A stretch of 64,000 nt of DNA from Bugula neritina (GCA_964035545.1 OZ037765.1:34347504-34411503), one strand, 5' to 3'. Positions 1-13,470 are shown, numbered from the stretch's first letter. Translations and numbers: made by a program. The notes: generated by a model from the letters alone, not told the origin.

Positions 1-898
1 TACTATAACTATCATACTATAACTATTATACTATAACTATTATACTATAACTATCATACTATAACTATTATACTATAACTATTATACTATAACTATTATA
101 CTATAACTATTATACTATAACTATTATACTATAACTATTATACTATAACTATTATACTATAACTATCATGCTATAACTATCATACTATAACTATTATACT
201 ATAACTATTATACTATAACTATTATACTATAGCTATTATACTATAACTATTATACTATAACTATTATACTATAACTATTATACTATAACTATTATACTAT
301 AACTATTATACTATAACTATTATACTATAACTATTATACTATAACTATTATACTATAACTATTATACTATAACTATTATACTATAACTATTATACTATAA
401 CTATTATACTATAACTATTATACTATAACTATTATACTATAACTATTATACTATAACTATTATACTATAACTATTATACTATAACTATTATACTATAACT
501 ATTATACTATAGCTATTATACTATAGCTATTATACTATAACTATTATACTATAACTATTATACTATAACTATTATACTATAACTATTATACTATAACTAT
601 TATACTATAACTATTATACTATAACTATTATACTATAACTATTATACTATAACTATTATACTATAACTATTATACTATAACTATTATACTATAACTATTA
701 TACTATAACTATTATACTATAACTATTATACTATAACTATTATACTATAACTATTATACTATAACTATTATACTATAGCTATTATACTATAGCTATTATA
801 CTATAACTATTATACTATAACTATTATACTATAACTATTATACTATAACTATTATACTATAACTATTATACTATAACTATTATACTATAACTATTATA
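1..898. repeat. 14-bp minisatellite (TATACTATAACTAT)n
   Basis: Direct tandem array. The same unit occurs in short form at ~62930-63055 inside intron 1 of the last gene copy. Confidence 0.95.
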
Positions 899-1383
899 CT
901 GACTTATATCATATTATATTATATTATAGTATATTATATTATATTATATTATATTATATTATATCATATTATAGTGGTGGTCACCTTTCACTGCCGTGTG
1001 GCCGGATCACATCATATTAAATTATAGTATAGTATGTTGTTTTATTATACTGACATATATTATATTATATGACAAATATAATACTGACCTATACTATAAC
1101 ATGTTGTTATTGTAACTATTATACTAACCTACATCATATTATATTGTACTATAGTATGATATTATATTAATATACCATAACACATGCAATACAGAACTAT
1201 AAACAACATGGCCATGTTAATCCTTTACACACAGTTTCAGTTAGTATACAGAATATACAGAGTAAAATATTAATATATTATGTTATATTTTACTTTCCTT
1301 AGAGCTGTGTTCTGTCAACAACTGAGTAACTATAGTAACCAGAGGGAGTAGTAATGTTGTCTGTATTATGTTGTTAGTCTTTA

Positions 1384-1560
1384 TTATATATTATATTATA
1401 TTATATTATATTATATTATATCATATTATATTATATTATATTATATTATATTATATCATATTATATTATATTATATTATATTATATTATATTATATTATA
1501 TTATATCATATTATATTATATTATATTATATTGTATTATATTATATTATATTATATTATA
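1384..1560. repeat. (TATTA)n pentanucleotide microsatellite
   Basis: Direct; it explains the low-complexity ORF 1368-1580. Confidence 0.95.
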
Positions 1561-2600
1561 ACAGGATTTGGGATTTCTGATCACCTTGACCTTTGACCGC
1601 TTTTGACATTTACAATAACTGTTGAGTGTCTTTTCCTAAACCCTCCCAATCCAAACCTATACCCCCATCCCAACTCCCCAAACTCAATATTGTAAATGCG
1701 CCACCTATTAAATGCCATCGACTTTTTCACTGATAGTCTAAACACAATATTTTCCTAAATTCTGAGAATAGCATGTTTATTGTTATACTCTAATGACTAT
1801 ACTGTAGTTATATTACATGTAAACTGTATACAGTATCATAGCTACATCTATTACCAGCCACTATACAGCTATTCACATCTGTCACATCTGTCAACTGCAA
1901 GTTTTCCTGTTGGCTGGCTGCCAAAAGTCTTCTATAAACTAGAACTGATACCAAAGAGTATACATAGCTTGAGTGGATATCATTATTATAAAGGTGTCTA
2001 ACGGCAATACCAAAGAGCATACATTTCAACAACCTATCACGTGATCATATAAACACTATTACTTGCAGTGCAGCACTAACTAGCACACACTAAGAGGGAA
2101 GTCACCTATCCCTTCCTAGACATAGTGAGAAGATAATCAAGTTAGTTTATGGAGGATATTATGTAACATATGCAGATAGTGAAGAGTATCTCAACTCACC
2201 TGGTGACATCATTTTAATTCACTGTAAGTATAATTTATTTATTATATAAATGTAAGTGACTGAAAGGTTAATTTACTTTAGTACCTGTAATGGGAGAAAT
2301 TACGTTGACAATGGTGACCTCTTACAGAGTTGATTAACCTGAAAATGAAGAGAATTTAACATTTATTTGGTGTTATAAAATCTCTCAGTACATCATCTTA
2401 CAGGTGTTACTTGATTTTACATCCTTTCTAGAGTATATTATATGATATAACTATATGGCTGGTACATGGTACCAGTAGAGATATGTTACAGAAATGTCAA
2501 AAGCTAGCTTTAGTTTCTAGTATTCTACCATGTATATAGTTGTTACAGATGAGAATGGAGACTATTGAATACAATTAGAGCTGTAACCAGTGACTACAGG

Positions 2601-5069
2601 ATGGGTCAACGTAAATCTGTTCCTAAAGACGAATCAAGTTAGTAAATTATATAGATATAAATACTACCAGTTATAGCTGCAGAATTTTTACATTATACGC
2701 TTTTATGAGTTACATGACATTCAGTTGCAGCACTAGAGAAATTGAGGTAGCCTAAGTTCTTTAATTCTCTTAAAAAGATTTGCATTGGGGCGTGGTTAAA
2801 AATCTCACGAGAACATAACTCCATTTGTTACATTTCTGATGAATAAATACAAGCTTTTTTCAACTTTGTATTATATACTTTGCACCTAACTTTGTGTTGA
2901 CCACAACTGGGTGCATTATTGTATAATGTTATATACTGACTTATATTATATACTATAACTATTATACTGAAGCTTATATTATAATATATCAAAGTATAAT
3001 ATATTGTTATACTGACATATATATTATATTATATCACAAATAAAGTGTTATTATTATTTTATATTATATTGTAACTATTATACTAACCTACATCATGTTC
3101 CGTTACAATAATTGTAGTAACCTTAGTTAACTGTTATAACATGCACATTTTACTGACCTATATTGCTTTATATTACATTATATTACATTATATTACATTA
3201 GAATACTATAACACATACTGTACAGAAGTATAAACAACATGGCTACCCTTTACCTGTCATCTGCTATAGTTGATGTCTGCGTCAGTTACAGGGATGAGTC
3301 ATACTCTTAGGTATAAACTGACAAAGTGGGCACAACTTGAATATACATTCAGATTTTATCACAGGATTTCAATTTAATTATCTGTAATTTTAAGTAGTTA
3401 AAATGTAAAATGTTTATTGTGTAACTATTGCCAGTTATGGTTCTATGCATTGATAGTGTTTACAAACATTCTATTATTATAAAAACTTTTATTTATAAAG
3501 TAGTGAATATCTTGTAGGGAAGTACAGTGTGTGGTTCAACACATCCAGTATAGATGGAGCTGATGATGAGTGGATGGAGAATGATACTACATCCTACACT
3601 ATAGAAGAGATCAATGATATAAGTAGACATCATACAGTTATAACTCATGTTGTACTGAAGCATGACATTCCTCCAAATATCAACAAACTGTTTCCTCATC
3701 TCACACATCTGAAGGTATCTGGAGTAGAGAGTGATGCTAACTGGACCAGGTATTATTTTATTATAATATGAAACTATATTAATAAGTGAGATATTATCTT
3801 GTAGTAGAATGTGGAGTAATCTCCCTTCACAATAACACTAGCTTTAGTAACAATTTTTGTATTATTTACCTTATTTATTGTATTTCTATTTATGCTTCAA
3901 TTTAAAGTGAGTTGGTGTCATTTAAACATAGTCTAAACATATAATGTATAATAGTATGTGATAATTATGTAGAATTGAATATACTGTTACACCTGTATAT
4001 AATTATTATGTTACAGCATATCTTCACTGAAGAATCTTGAGGTATTGAATATGTCATTCAGTGACTTATCTAAAGGTCTACCAAACAATATATTCACATC
4101 CTTACTATCATTGAGAGAGTTGAACATGGTGCTCTGTAAACTGTCAACTCTACCAAACAGGTGTGTATTATATTATACATTATGAAGTTATCTGCACTAT
4201 CTTTGTTGACTCAACTAGACTCTGTGTATATTATACGTCACAAGTCAATTATTGTATTCTATTCTATTAGATATGTACTCAGATAGAAATGGTATGACAA
4301 ATTCTCACTTATTACTCTAATAAATGTGGACAAGTAAATTATTTTGCAGTATAACTATATAACTATGTTGCATTAAATAGGTTATATTGAGAACAGGTGA
4401 TAATACAGACCCTTTTCCAATGCCCCTGTACTCAATTTCAAGTTAGGAGTTGAGTCCTCTTCAACAGGGATTGAGTTAAACCATGTTTTAGAGAGAAAAC
4501 TAATTACAACTTTAAAGTTTGACTGTTATTTAAAATCTCAACTATGCTATGGAATTGTTCTTATAGGAGATAGATATTCTGGTATAGCACACATATTAGC
4601 AGTTCAAGAAATATTTTACAAACATTTCTTCATAATAAGTTTTGAAAAAAAGTAAATTTGAAAGCCTTTTCGTGATTTTGGTTATTGAGCAATGCTGAAG
4701 GGCAGTTGAGATATGAATTCCTTTATTTATTTGTTGTGCTGGCTGTCACCACTTTGTTTAGATCTGTTAACCTTTCAATTCCTTGGAAAAGGGTCTACTG
4801 ATATAAAATAAGCTATACTCTTAAGTGAACTATTACATTGTTGAGTGAAATGTAGAGTGCTAATGATAATACCCAGGAGTTCAATAGACTTTGATGATTT
4901 TCTACCCGTGTGTTATATGTTACAGCATATCTTCACTGAAGAATCTTGAGGTATTGAATATATCACATAACTACCTATTTGAAGGTCTACCTGACAATAT
5001 ATTCACATCCTTACTATCATTGAGAGAGTTGTACATGATGGACTGTAACCTGCCAACTACACCAAACAG
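2601..5069 (+). pseudogene. Truncated paralog of the LRR-Roc-COR-caspase gene (exon 1 2601-2637, exon 2 3518-3749, LRR cassettes 4017-4160 and 4926-5069); Roc-COR-caspase part absent. Pseudogene or LRR-only protein
   Basis: Four exons with GT-AG boundaries, compatible phases and no stops ([20 protein letters not shown]...[14 protein letters not shown]...). Near-identical to 43764-45894. From ~5250 the sequence matches the 3' flank of the intact copy (54400 onward). Confidence 0.8.
4407..4796. mobile_element. Non-autonomous TIR element (MITE) in the intron between the two LRR cassettes
   Basis: 14-bp terminal inverted repeat AGACCCTTTTCCAA / TTGGAAAAGGGTCT; absent from the homologous introns at 45307-45750 and 46957-47402. 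Confidence 0.7.
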
Positions 5070-5246
5070 GTGTGTATTATTTAATTGTACATATATAATG
5101 ATATAGAGTAGGAGAAACTCTACTAACTATACAATATTAATTCATGACTTGGCTGTTAAAATATGATTATAGAGTGGTTTGTGCAGTACATGTGTACTTG
5201 ATATTCAGGTAGATGACAACTCTCAATACTCTGTTAGTAAAAGTAT

Positions 5247-5531
5247 ACTCTATACTATGCTATATCTACTCTATACACTATACTATATCTACTCTATACA
5301 TTGTACTATATCTGCTCTATACACTATACTATATCTACTCTATACACTATACTATATCTACTCTATACACTATACTATATCTACTCTATATACACTATAA
5401 TTATTATATCTACTATACACTATACTATATCTACTCTATACACTATACTATATCTACTCTATACACTATACTATATCTACTCTATACACTATACTATATC
5501 TACTCTATACACCATACTATATCTACTCTAT
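5247..5531. repeat. 23-bp minisatellite (CTATACACTATACTATATCTACT)n
   Basis: Direct; same unit as 54402-55070. Confidence 0.9.
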
Positions 5532-5841
5532 ACTGAAAGGAAATATTTCATGGCGAGGGCCACATGGTAAAAGTTAGCTTCGGCTGGGGGCCACAGCATC
5601 AGTAATTTAAAATAATTACTTTATTTCAAATGCCTGTGAGTCATTATACAATGAACTCCCAATAATTAGGTACTGCAAGCTGTATGTTTTCAGCATGTGT
5701 GAAAATGCGGCATTTAAAAGGCGGTTGTCCACTCGAATTCATATACCTGTGCAAATAATTTTATCTGTCAAGTTTTTGAGGGTCACATAAATGTCAGCGG
5801 GGGAGGGGGGCACATCCGGAGCCACCTATTGGACAGCCCTG
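5532..5841. mobile_element. hAT-like non-autonomous element relic (paralog ~55078-55388)
   Basis: Right end TTGGACAGCCCTG (CAGGGCTGTCCAA on the minus strand) and subterminal GGGCCAC repeats typical of hAT MITEs; left end eroded. Confidence 0.5.
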
Positions 5842-7649
5842 CTTTTGGCAACAAGCAATAAATATTTTAGGAGTTGTATTCTTTTGAAGTGAAAATTTAC
5901 AATGCTTCGGATATGGTTTTCAACAAAAATTATAGCATTTGAAATATATATAAAAGTACTTTCTTATGAAAATAACTTTCATAAGTAAATTTGACCATAA
6001 AAACTGAATTTGTGAATAATTGTAGTACGCGAACGACAGGATAAAACCATTACATATGCAGTTCCGGCGTAAAAAAGTCATGGCTACTACCAGTGAAACA
6101 ACCGCAACTACAATAAATGATACTTGGGCCATTGCTTCCTTTTCAAAGGCGAATGAATTTTTGGGATTCTCTTCATTTGACACTAGCAATGTTATTTTGA
6201 CAAATAGGCAGTCTATGTCAATATATAAGGTAACATCTTTCATTTTCTGTAATGCTAATTTGAGGAATTTTTTATAAATATAGAATTAATATTGTTGTAC
6301 CAGTAGACGTAGTAGTACAGTACTACTAGACACTAGTATAATTATAACTACAACCGGGAGTACTTATAGTAGTAGTAGTACTACTACCAGTACTAGTAGT
6401 ACTAACAGTACTACTACTAGTACTAGTACTAAGCGCTAAAACAGTAACCAGTGCCCGGTCCAGAGGCAGCAGACGTTGTAGCAGTACTACTACTAGTACT
6501 AGTGGTAGACTGGTAGGACCTGTACTTTAACTTTGACTTGCAGTAAAAGTCATACTTATTACGTAGTTACACTTTGACTTTCAGTTTTTTGCTTTTATTT
6601 CTAGTGTTCGTAGTACTAGTACAACTACAACTACAACTAAATCTAGTTTATTTCTAACAGTAACACTAACTGACTAACTCTAGTAACTTAAACTGGTATG
6701 AGTATATCTAAACTAAGATTAGTAAAAACTCAACTTTAGTTAGTTACTGTAACACTAACTGTTAGTTAGAGTCTACTTCATAACTTGTATTTGTACGAAT
6801 AGTGATAATCACAGTTTGAATAACTCAATAACTAATAACTATAAGCGAAGCTAAGTTAAAGTGTTTTACTTTTAGTAATGAAATAACAATTTACTCTTAG
6901 TGACTAAGCACTCGGTCAAAGTCATTCACGGTCGCTAAAAAGTGAAATTGGCTATAATAGTAGAGTCAATTCGGCATAGGGTTAATGCAGCTCTTAGTGA
7001 CGCCGAGTCAAACAGTTATTAATTATTATAATAATCGATGTAAACACGCAGGAATTTTTTCAACTTGATTTTGAATTGACTAATTCGTATTAACTATAAG
7101 TCTTGGTTTAAATCAGTTGATACTCGCGTTTTCATCAAGCCTTTCGGTTAATGGCACTGAGTCCTAATAAATATTTAAAGTCAATTTCATTGATAACTAT
7201 TGAGTATTGAAATGTGATGACACACATTTACTAACTTAGCCTTTAATTACTTTAAAATTTATTTCATTCATACTCAGTCGTGAGTAATTAGCATAAATCA
7301 ACCACTGTAGTTCAATTCTAAATCATACTCAATCACGATAGCCTTTATGTTTTTGCTAAACTAAATCTAAATGGCCTTAAAATTTATACCATGATGAGTT
7401 GTTTGTATCGCTTTTAAAATGATCTTAGAATTTTGTTATTGAGTTGAGGAAATAAATTTAGTTATTTCAGAGTTTCACCGGCCTGAATGAGTATTCTCTG
7501 CAGTAGAGCCTCTTTCTCATATAAATCACTGTGGAATAAATTATTACTGAAAGTAATGACTCTACATGTGTTTTTATGCTTCATTCATGTGAGTAGTTTT
7601 CAGTTTAGAATATTAATAAATACTAGAGTTTGAGTTGTGATAAACTTAG

Positions 7650-9389
7650 GTGAGTGATCAGCAGACAGTATCAAGTTGTACTCTCAAATCAGAGAGCAGT
7701 TTCTGTCTGCCTGTGGTTTATGATCACGGAGAAGAACATTATGTTGGTTTGGTTGAGAATCTTGGAAAGAAGAGACTTTGTGTCTGGACAAATGAACTTT
7801 CTAACTACAAGGACTGGAAGAAGAAACTGGTAAATCTCTCACTTTGAGTATTTCAGTTGTTTTGTGATTTTTAAGATAATATGTTTACAATAACACAATT
7901 TGTTGGTCATTTGGTGGAGTATATTTATAGCATTAGAAATGTTGAAGTGGTGAGAATATAATATAGATAATGATAACCTAATGATGATTGGTTCATAATA
8001 CAAGTGTAACTGTTGTAGTTATGAACTGAGGTGACTGAACTGGTAGAAGTAGAGAAGACAGAACCACTGGTGGTCACATCTAATAACTGTGTGTGCTGGT
8101 TGTCTCATGTGGAGGACACTTCACTGTCTGTCCATCTGCTGCCTCCAGATCTGAGAGATGCTGACGTGGAGATTAGTCAGTTTAAAAGTTACAGATGGAG
8201 TAATAGAACTGAGATTGTCTACATTGTGACTGTTGATGTAAGTATCACAATGTGTCAGTATGGTGTCACAATGTGTCAGTATGGTGTCACAATGTGTCAG
8301 TATGGTGTCACAGTAGTCAATAAAGTGTCCAATGTATCAGTATGGTGTCACAATGTGTCAGTATGGTGTCACAATGTCTCAGTAGAGTGTCACAGTAGAG
8401 TGACACAGTAAAGTGTCACAGTAGAGTGTCACAGTAAAGTGTCACAGTAGAGTGTCACAGTAGAGTGTCACAGTAGAGTGTCACAGTTGAGTGTTGCAGT
8501 AGAGTGTCACAGTAGAGTGTCACAGTAGAGTGTCACAGTAGAGTGTCACAGTAGAGTGTCATAGTTGTTGACAAGCATTATCATCATTGCTGTTGAAATA
8601 TCTACAGTTTCTGTTGTGTTATTTCTGGGACGACACCTTGTATATAAGTTACAGTTCAACGACAAGCAGGTGTTTGGCAAGTCTACGCAAGTGTTTCTCA
8701 ACTACACAGATGTGACATCAGTGTGTAGAGTTGTCCCTCATGCTGAGTCTAATTACATTGCTACTAGTGAGTCTGATACTATTGAATATATACTGTGTCT
8801 CTGTATGACGTCACCTTCACAATAACCAGTTTATCTGAAATACTCTATACAGGTGGTAAGGGTGAGATACTATACTCTACCGGTACATCTGAAGAAGTTA
8901 TTTCCTCTCTCAACTCGCAGTTTTCTACTCAGTGTGTCTCTCTTCACCTACTAGACTCTGACCAGCTTCTCATTGCAACATCTCACAGCTCTACGAATAC
9001 AGGCTAGTATAGTTTACCTTTTCTGAAGATGATTGTTCTAGTAAAGTAGTTCTACTGTAACTGTATGCCTCCTTTACTTGAATATGAGTAGATGTAAGCC
9101 AATCAGTGTAGCTGCTCTCATAGCACCTGTTTAGACGTGTCACAGCTGAAGTATGGTGACATGTGCTGGTCTTGTAGGTGTCTTACTTATATTCAGTATC
9201 ATGTTCAGAACTACGAGGATTCTAAAGAGTCTGGACAGTGAGCTCTACGGTGATAAACCTGTGACTCTTCTACCTCCATACATACTGACCCACACGGAGA
9301 GCTCATTGCAGGCTCACTCATATAAGTACAGCAAGTTGACACTAAGGAGCATGATGGGCAGTTTGAGACTGCCTGCTGATTCTGAGTTG
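7650..9389 (+). pseudogene. NOL11: Partial, disabled copy of nucleolar protein 11 N-terminal region (exons 7650-7829, 8019-8237, ~8628-8766, 8853-9002, 9178-9389)
   Basis: VSDQQTVSS...RLCVWTNE...VEKTEPLVV and ...SYKYSKLTLRSMMGSL align by recall with NOL11 (VSDQKPLGS...LRIWNNE...QGTEPLVL...YKCEVSSLAGALGKL). In-frame TGA at 8022-8024 (TCA in the paralog), CTG instead of CAG at the acceptor near 8627, and no C-terminal exons found. Confidence 0.7.
8243..8562. repeat. Compound intronic minisatellite: 21-bp (TGTGTCAGTATGGTGTCACAA) then 13-bp (CAGTAGAGTGTCA) units
   Basis: Direct; paralog ~57697-57850. Confidence 0.88.
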
Positions 9390-9893
9390 GTGAGTCACCA
9401 GGTTATTCAGTGAGTTACCAGGTTATTCAGTGAGTTACCAGGTTATTCAGTGAGTTACCAGGTTATTCAGTGAGTTACCAGGTTATTCAGTGAGTCACCA
9501 GGTTATTCAGTGAGTTACCAAGTTATTCAGTGGGTCACCAGGTTATTCAGTGAGTTACCAGGTTATTCAGTGAGTTACCAGGTTATTCAGTGAGTTACCA
9601 GGTTATTCAGTGAGTTACCAGGTTATTCAGTGAATTACTAGGTTATTCAGTGAGTTACCAGGTTATTCAGTAAGGTACCAGGTTTTTCAGTGAGTTACCA
9701 GGTTCTTCAGTGAGTTACCAGGTTATTCAGTGAGTCACCAGGTTATTCAGTGAGTCACCAGGTTATTCAGTGAGTTACCAGGTTATTCAGTGAGTTACCA
9801 GGTTATTCTGTGAGTCACCAGGTTATTCAGTGAGTTACCAGGTTATTCAGTGAGTTACCAGGTTATTCAGTGAGTTACCAGGTTATTCAGTGA
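9390..9893. repeat. 20-bp minisatellite (GTGAGTTACCAGGTTATTCA)n, about 25 copies
   Basis: Direct; begins at the splice donor of the last NOL11-like exon. Confidence 0.95.
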
Positions 9894-10435
9894 TTGCATT
9901 GCTGTGATTTTAGTTTGAGGTTTAAGAATTGCTTTTTTTCAAATTTCTCCAACACCCGAGAGTGCATATCAACCTAATTTGTGTTTTATAGAATTATCCT
10001 CCAGTCTGATTTTACCATGGGTGTTGATTCCAAGGGAGATGCTAGAGTTGACCTTCACTGCCCACTGGACCAGCTCTGAAGGTGTGTTTATATGTTTTCA
10101 GTAAAGTCTAGTTTGGCTGAAGCAGAATCTCACAAAGTCCTCTGCACCATAATTTGTCCTGTGATGAGTTTCTAGGCTCTTCTCAGAATCTAGTAATTTA
10201 TATTCTACTTCAAGAGTATTGAATAAATTGCAGCAGGTAATGATGAAGTGAGTTAAACTCAGAACTCTTTCAGAGAAGGTATGAATTCACTCTAACAGGT
10301 GGACTTACTCCCCCATTCCTCAATGTGTATTACATGTGTCCACTTTCTCATTTCTCTATATATTCTACACAGAGTATCTCCCCTGTCCCTTGATACCAGC
10401 TGCTGAAATTCTCTTCTACTGGCTGTTTGGGAGTT

Positions 10436-10802
10436 GGTGATAGTGTGTTGCTAGGTGATAGTGTGTTGCTAGGTGACAGTGTGTTGCTAGGTGATAGTGT
10501 GTTGCTAGGTGATAGTGTGTTACTAGGTGATAGTGTGTTGCTAGGTGATGGTGTGTTGCTAGGTGACAGTCTCTTGCTAGGTGACCGTGTGTTGCTAGGT
10601 GATAATGTGTTGCTAGGTGATAGTGTGTTGCTAGGTGATAGTGTGTTGCTAGGTGATAGTGTGTTACTAGGTGATAGTGTGTTGCTAGGTGATGGTGTGT
10701 TGCTAGGTGACAGTCTCTTGCTAGGTGACCGTGTGTTGCTAGGTGATAATGTGTTGCTAGGTGATAGTGTGTTGCTAGGTGATAGTGTGTTGCTAGGTGA
10801 TG
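10436..10802. repeat. 18-bp minisatellite (GTGATAGTGTGTTGCTAG)n, about 20 copies
   Basis: Direct; the paralog at ~58961-59090 has about 7 copies. Confidence 0.93.
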
Positions 10803-12345
10803 CCGTGTAGTAACTAACTGTACTATTGGAGGAGAGACACCTTGGAGTATTTATATGTTTGACTCACTGTTACAAGTTCATAGGACTTGCTTGATATCAT
10901 GTGCAAGTCCTTTGAAGTTGACTTCTGAGTTGACAGAACAGTAAACCACCAACTTACTCACATGACTACAATCCACTCAGTAGTAATATATACTAGAATA
11001 TATTCTATCATTACATCTCAATACTCACATCAACTGTTTAGTACACCAACACTAACAACAGGCATTACATGTATTTAGTCATTTGTATTGTGTAATTAGT
11101 GAGTGACAGTGACATTGCCACTATCCAACAGTTTAGTACACTTGCACTTGAGACTTGCCATTTTGTCATTATCTAAGTTTTCTTTGCTGTAAGTTAAACA
11201 TGGAGATTTGTTAGAATTCACATTTTTATTAAAATACTTCAAGATAACTTGACCTTGTCACCACTCTAATACTTATAAACTGAAGTAATATTTATGCTGT
11301 ATTATATGAATAGAGACATTTAATCTATTTGATTACATCCTATTACATGTCTATACTACTTTACTCACATCCTTCTCTACTCACAGGATTATAAACAATG
11401 AAGAATTGCTAACCACAGCCATTATTATTTATTTGTTACAATTTCAAGGTCAACCAGAGGGTAAAGCAGTGCAATGAATAAACTGCATCTATAAGTTCAA
11501 CGCTGGAAATGACAGCTTTATATATTATATATTTTATTTTATTATTCTGTAGGGATAATTATCTTACTAATCATTGATTTGAATTTATTCTAATTGACAA
11601 AAATCACCTACTTGAAATGAATTATATATGAGGTATTAAAAGGTGCTCACTAAACTAGATTGAATACTGTTTCCTGTTTGGGTATCAGTGAGCTTCATAT
11701 ATACTGCAAATTGTGAAAGAAGCAGGTGCTGTTACTCTACTATAAAGATACTGCTCTTCACAGTGATATGACAATTACAAAACTTTTAGTCTTGAAGAAA
11801 TGCTCCCTCTGTATCTTATGGTTCAAGAGAAGGGCTTGGACTCTGTTTTGTGGCTGATTATATTACATGTGTGCATAGGATCAAAATGGCTAAATTTACT
11901 ATCGGTGAGTTAATTCAGGAATATTACTACTTCATGAGTCTAGACTTCAGGACCTCAGCTTATATTTTAACCCCTAGATACTAATAATTACTTGCTTATT
12001 GGAACCAGTAATATGTTGGCTTACTTATAAAGGTGAGCATTAAATAGATCCATGGAAAGACAGAGATTGGTGTGTCCCACAAGGCTAGTGTTGCATGTTG
12101 GTATCTCATTACAGATAATACTATTAGTACTTTGCTTTTATTAGTCTATAATTATCATTTTAATGTATACATTGATCCACCCAAACTTTATTTGGAGAAA
12201 TTAGCATTTAAATCATCAAACATAGTCCTTCAAATAACTATAATAGATGAGAGGTTAGTTTGTAGGCAACACAGCTACTGTTTGAGTTACTCATAAAGCT
12301 ACTGCAGAGGAATTCATGATAATATGTCTTCATGAAGATGCAAAG

Positions 12346-12650
12346 GTATTAGGGCTAGTAGCTGGACCAGTATTAGGGCTAGTAGCTGGACCAGTATTAG
12401 GGCTAGTACCAGGGCCAGTATTAGGACTAGTAGCTGGACCAGTATTAGGGCTAGTACCAGGGCCAGTATTAGGACTAGTAGCTGGACCAGTATTAGGACT
12501 AGTAGCTGGACCAGTATTAGGGCTAGTACCAGGGCCAGTATTAGGACTAGTACCAGGGCCAGTATTAGGGCTAGTAGCTGGACCAGTATTAGGACTAGTA
12601 GCTGGACCAGTATTAAGACTAGTACCAGGCCCAGTACCAAGGGGACTAGT
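12346..12650. repeat. 24-bp minisatellite (GTATTAGGGCTAGTAGCTGGACCA)n
   Basis: Direct; starts where similarity to the 60765 paralog ends. Confidence 0.93.
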
Positions 12651-13435
12651 AAGGCTACTGCTATGCATTTTCCACTGTGTATGCAGACAAATTCTACATG
12701 ATTTAAAGATTTTAAACCATCACAGTTGTTAGCCTTGACATAAATATTTTAACCATAATAATAATAATGGAGAAAGGTTGTGTTCCAGATAAGAAAAACA
12801 TGTTACTGTTACAATATAAGGTTCTACTAACTCAACAGTCTGTAATAGAGGTGTCACTCCAATAGCCAATATCCAAGCTGTACAAGCTGGTAGGAAATCT
12901 GGCCGCCTGTAAGGCAGTTAGCCAATCACCTCAGGTTAGCTTGTAGATTATCTACTAAAGACTATAAACCACATTATATTCCATGCCCTCCCTTTTATAG
13001 AGATGAACTACATTATATGCCAGCCGTACTCCCAGTGGTTTATAGCTTTATAACTGTAGAACCAAGACTAGAAGGACATAAACATATCATCTACCTGAAG
13101 GTTTAACCAGCTTGAATAACCCAGCTATTTCCAAAAGCTTCAATTAAAGCTAAAGTAGAAATATGCTTTTTAAAGTTTCCTCATTAAAGTAGGTTCTGGA
13201 GGGAATCTTTGCAGTTTGTAAACTCATGAACAGAGTACCTTTAGTGACAGATTCCATGAATTAATTGATTTGACTTGTATATTTTTATTGCATGTCTCTT
13301 AACATAATCTTATGAAATTTTTTACATAATAGTAAGTATATACTATATAATAATAGTAAGTATATACTATATAATAACTTTGCTGCATAATGACAATATA
13401 GCAGCAATAGAACTGGTCATTCATAGTATAAATAA

Positions 13436-13470
<35 letters not shown>

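Larger units (their letters stand above)
5532..12348 (+). repeat. Segmental duplication, paralogous to 55086-60765
   Basis: Colinear high similarity with substitutions, indels and different minisatellite copy numbers (ORF pairs 6056/55626, 7650/57131, 9153/58258, 12072/60489). Confidence 0.92.

Noticed and set aside
5179-5570. Tyr/Ile/Leu-rich ORFs (also 1368-1580, 45828-46109, 57575-57919, 23851-24279)
   Set aside because: Translations of micro- and minisatellites or of the polypurine tract.
5920-6277. Overlapping ORF pair repeated at 55526-55823
   Set aside because: Starts and lengths differ between the copies through frameshifts and no motif was recognised; similarity is explained by the segmental duplication.
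9390-9893. Regular 20-bp repeats suggesting a CRISPR array
   Set aside because: Head-to-tail repeats with no spacers, no cas genes, eukaryotic context.
10427-10810. (GDSVLL)n ORF resembling a hexapeptide left-handed beta-helix protein
   Set aside because: It is an 18-bp minisatellite without an ATG start; copy number differs about three-fold in the paralog.
12314-12732. Repetitive ORFs on both strands (GPVLGLVA / TGPATSPN, mucin- or collagen-like)
   Set aside because: Products of a 24-bp minisatellite that is open in several frames and absent from the paralog.
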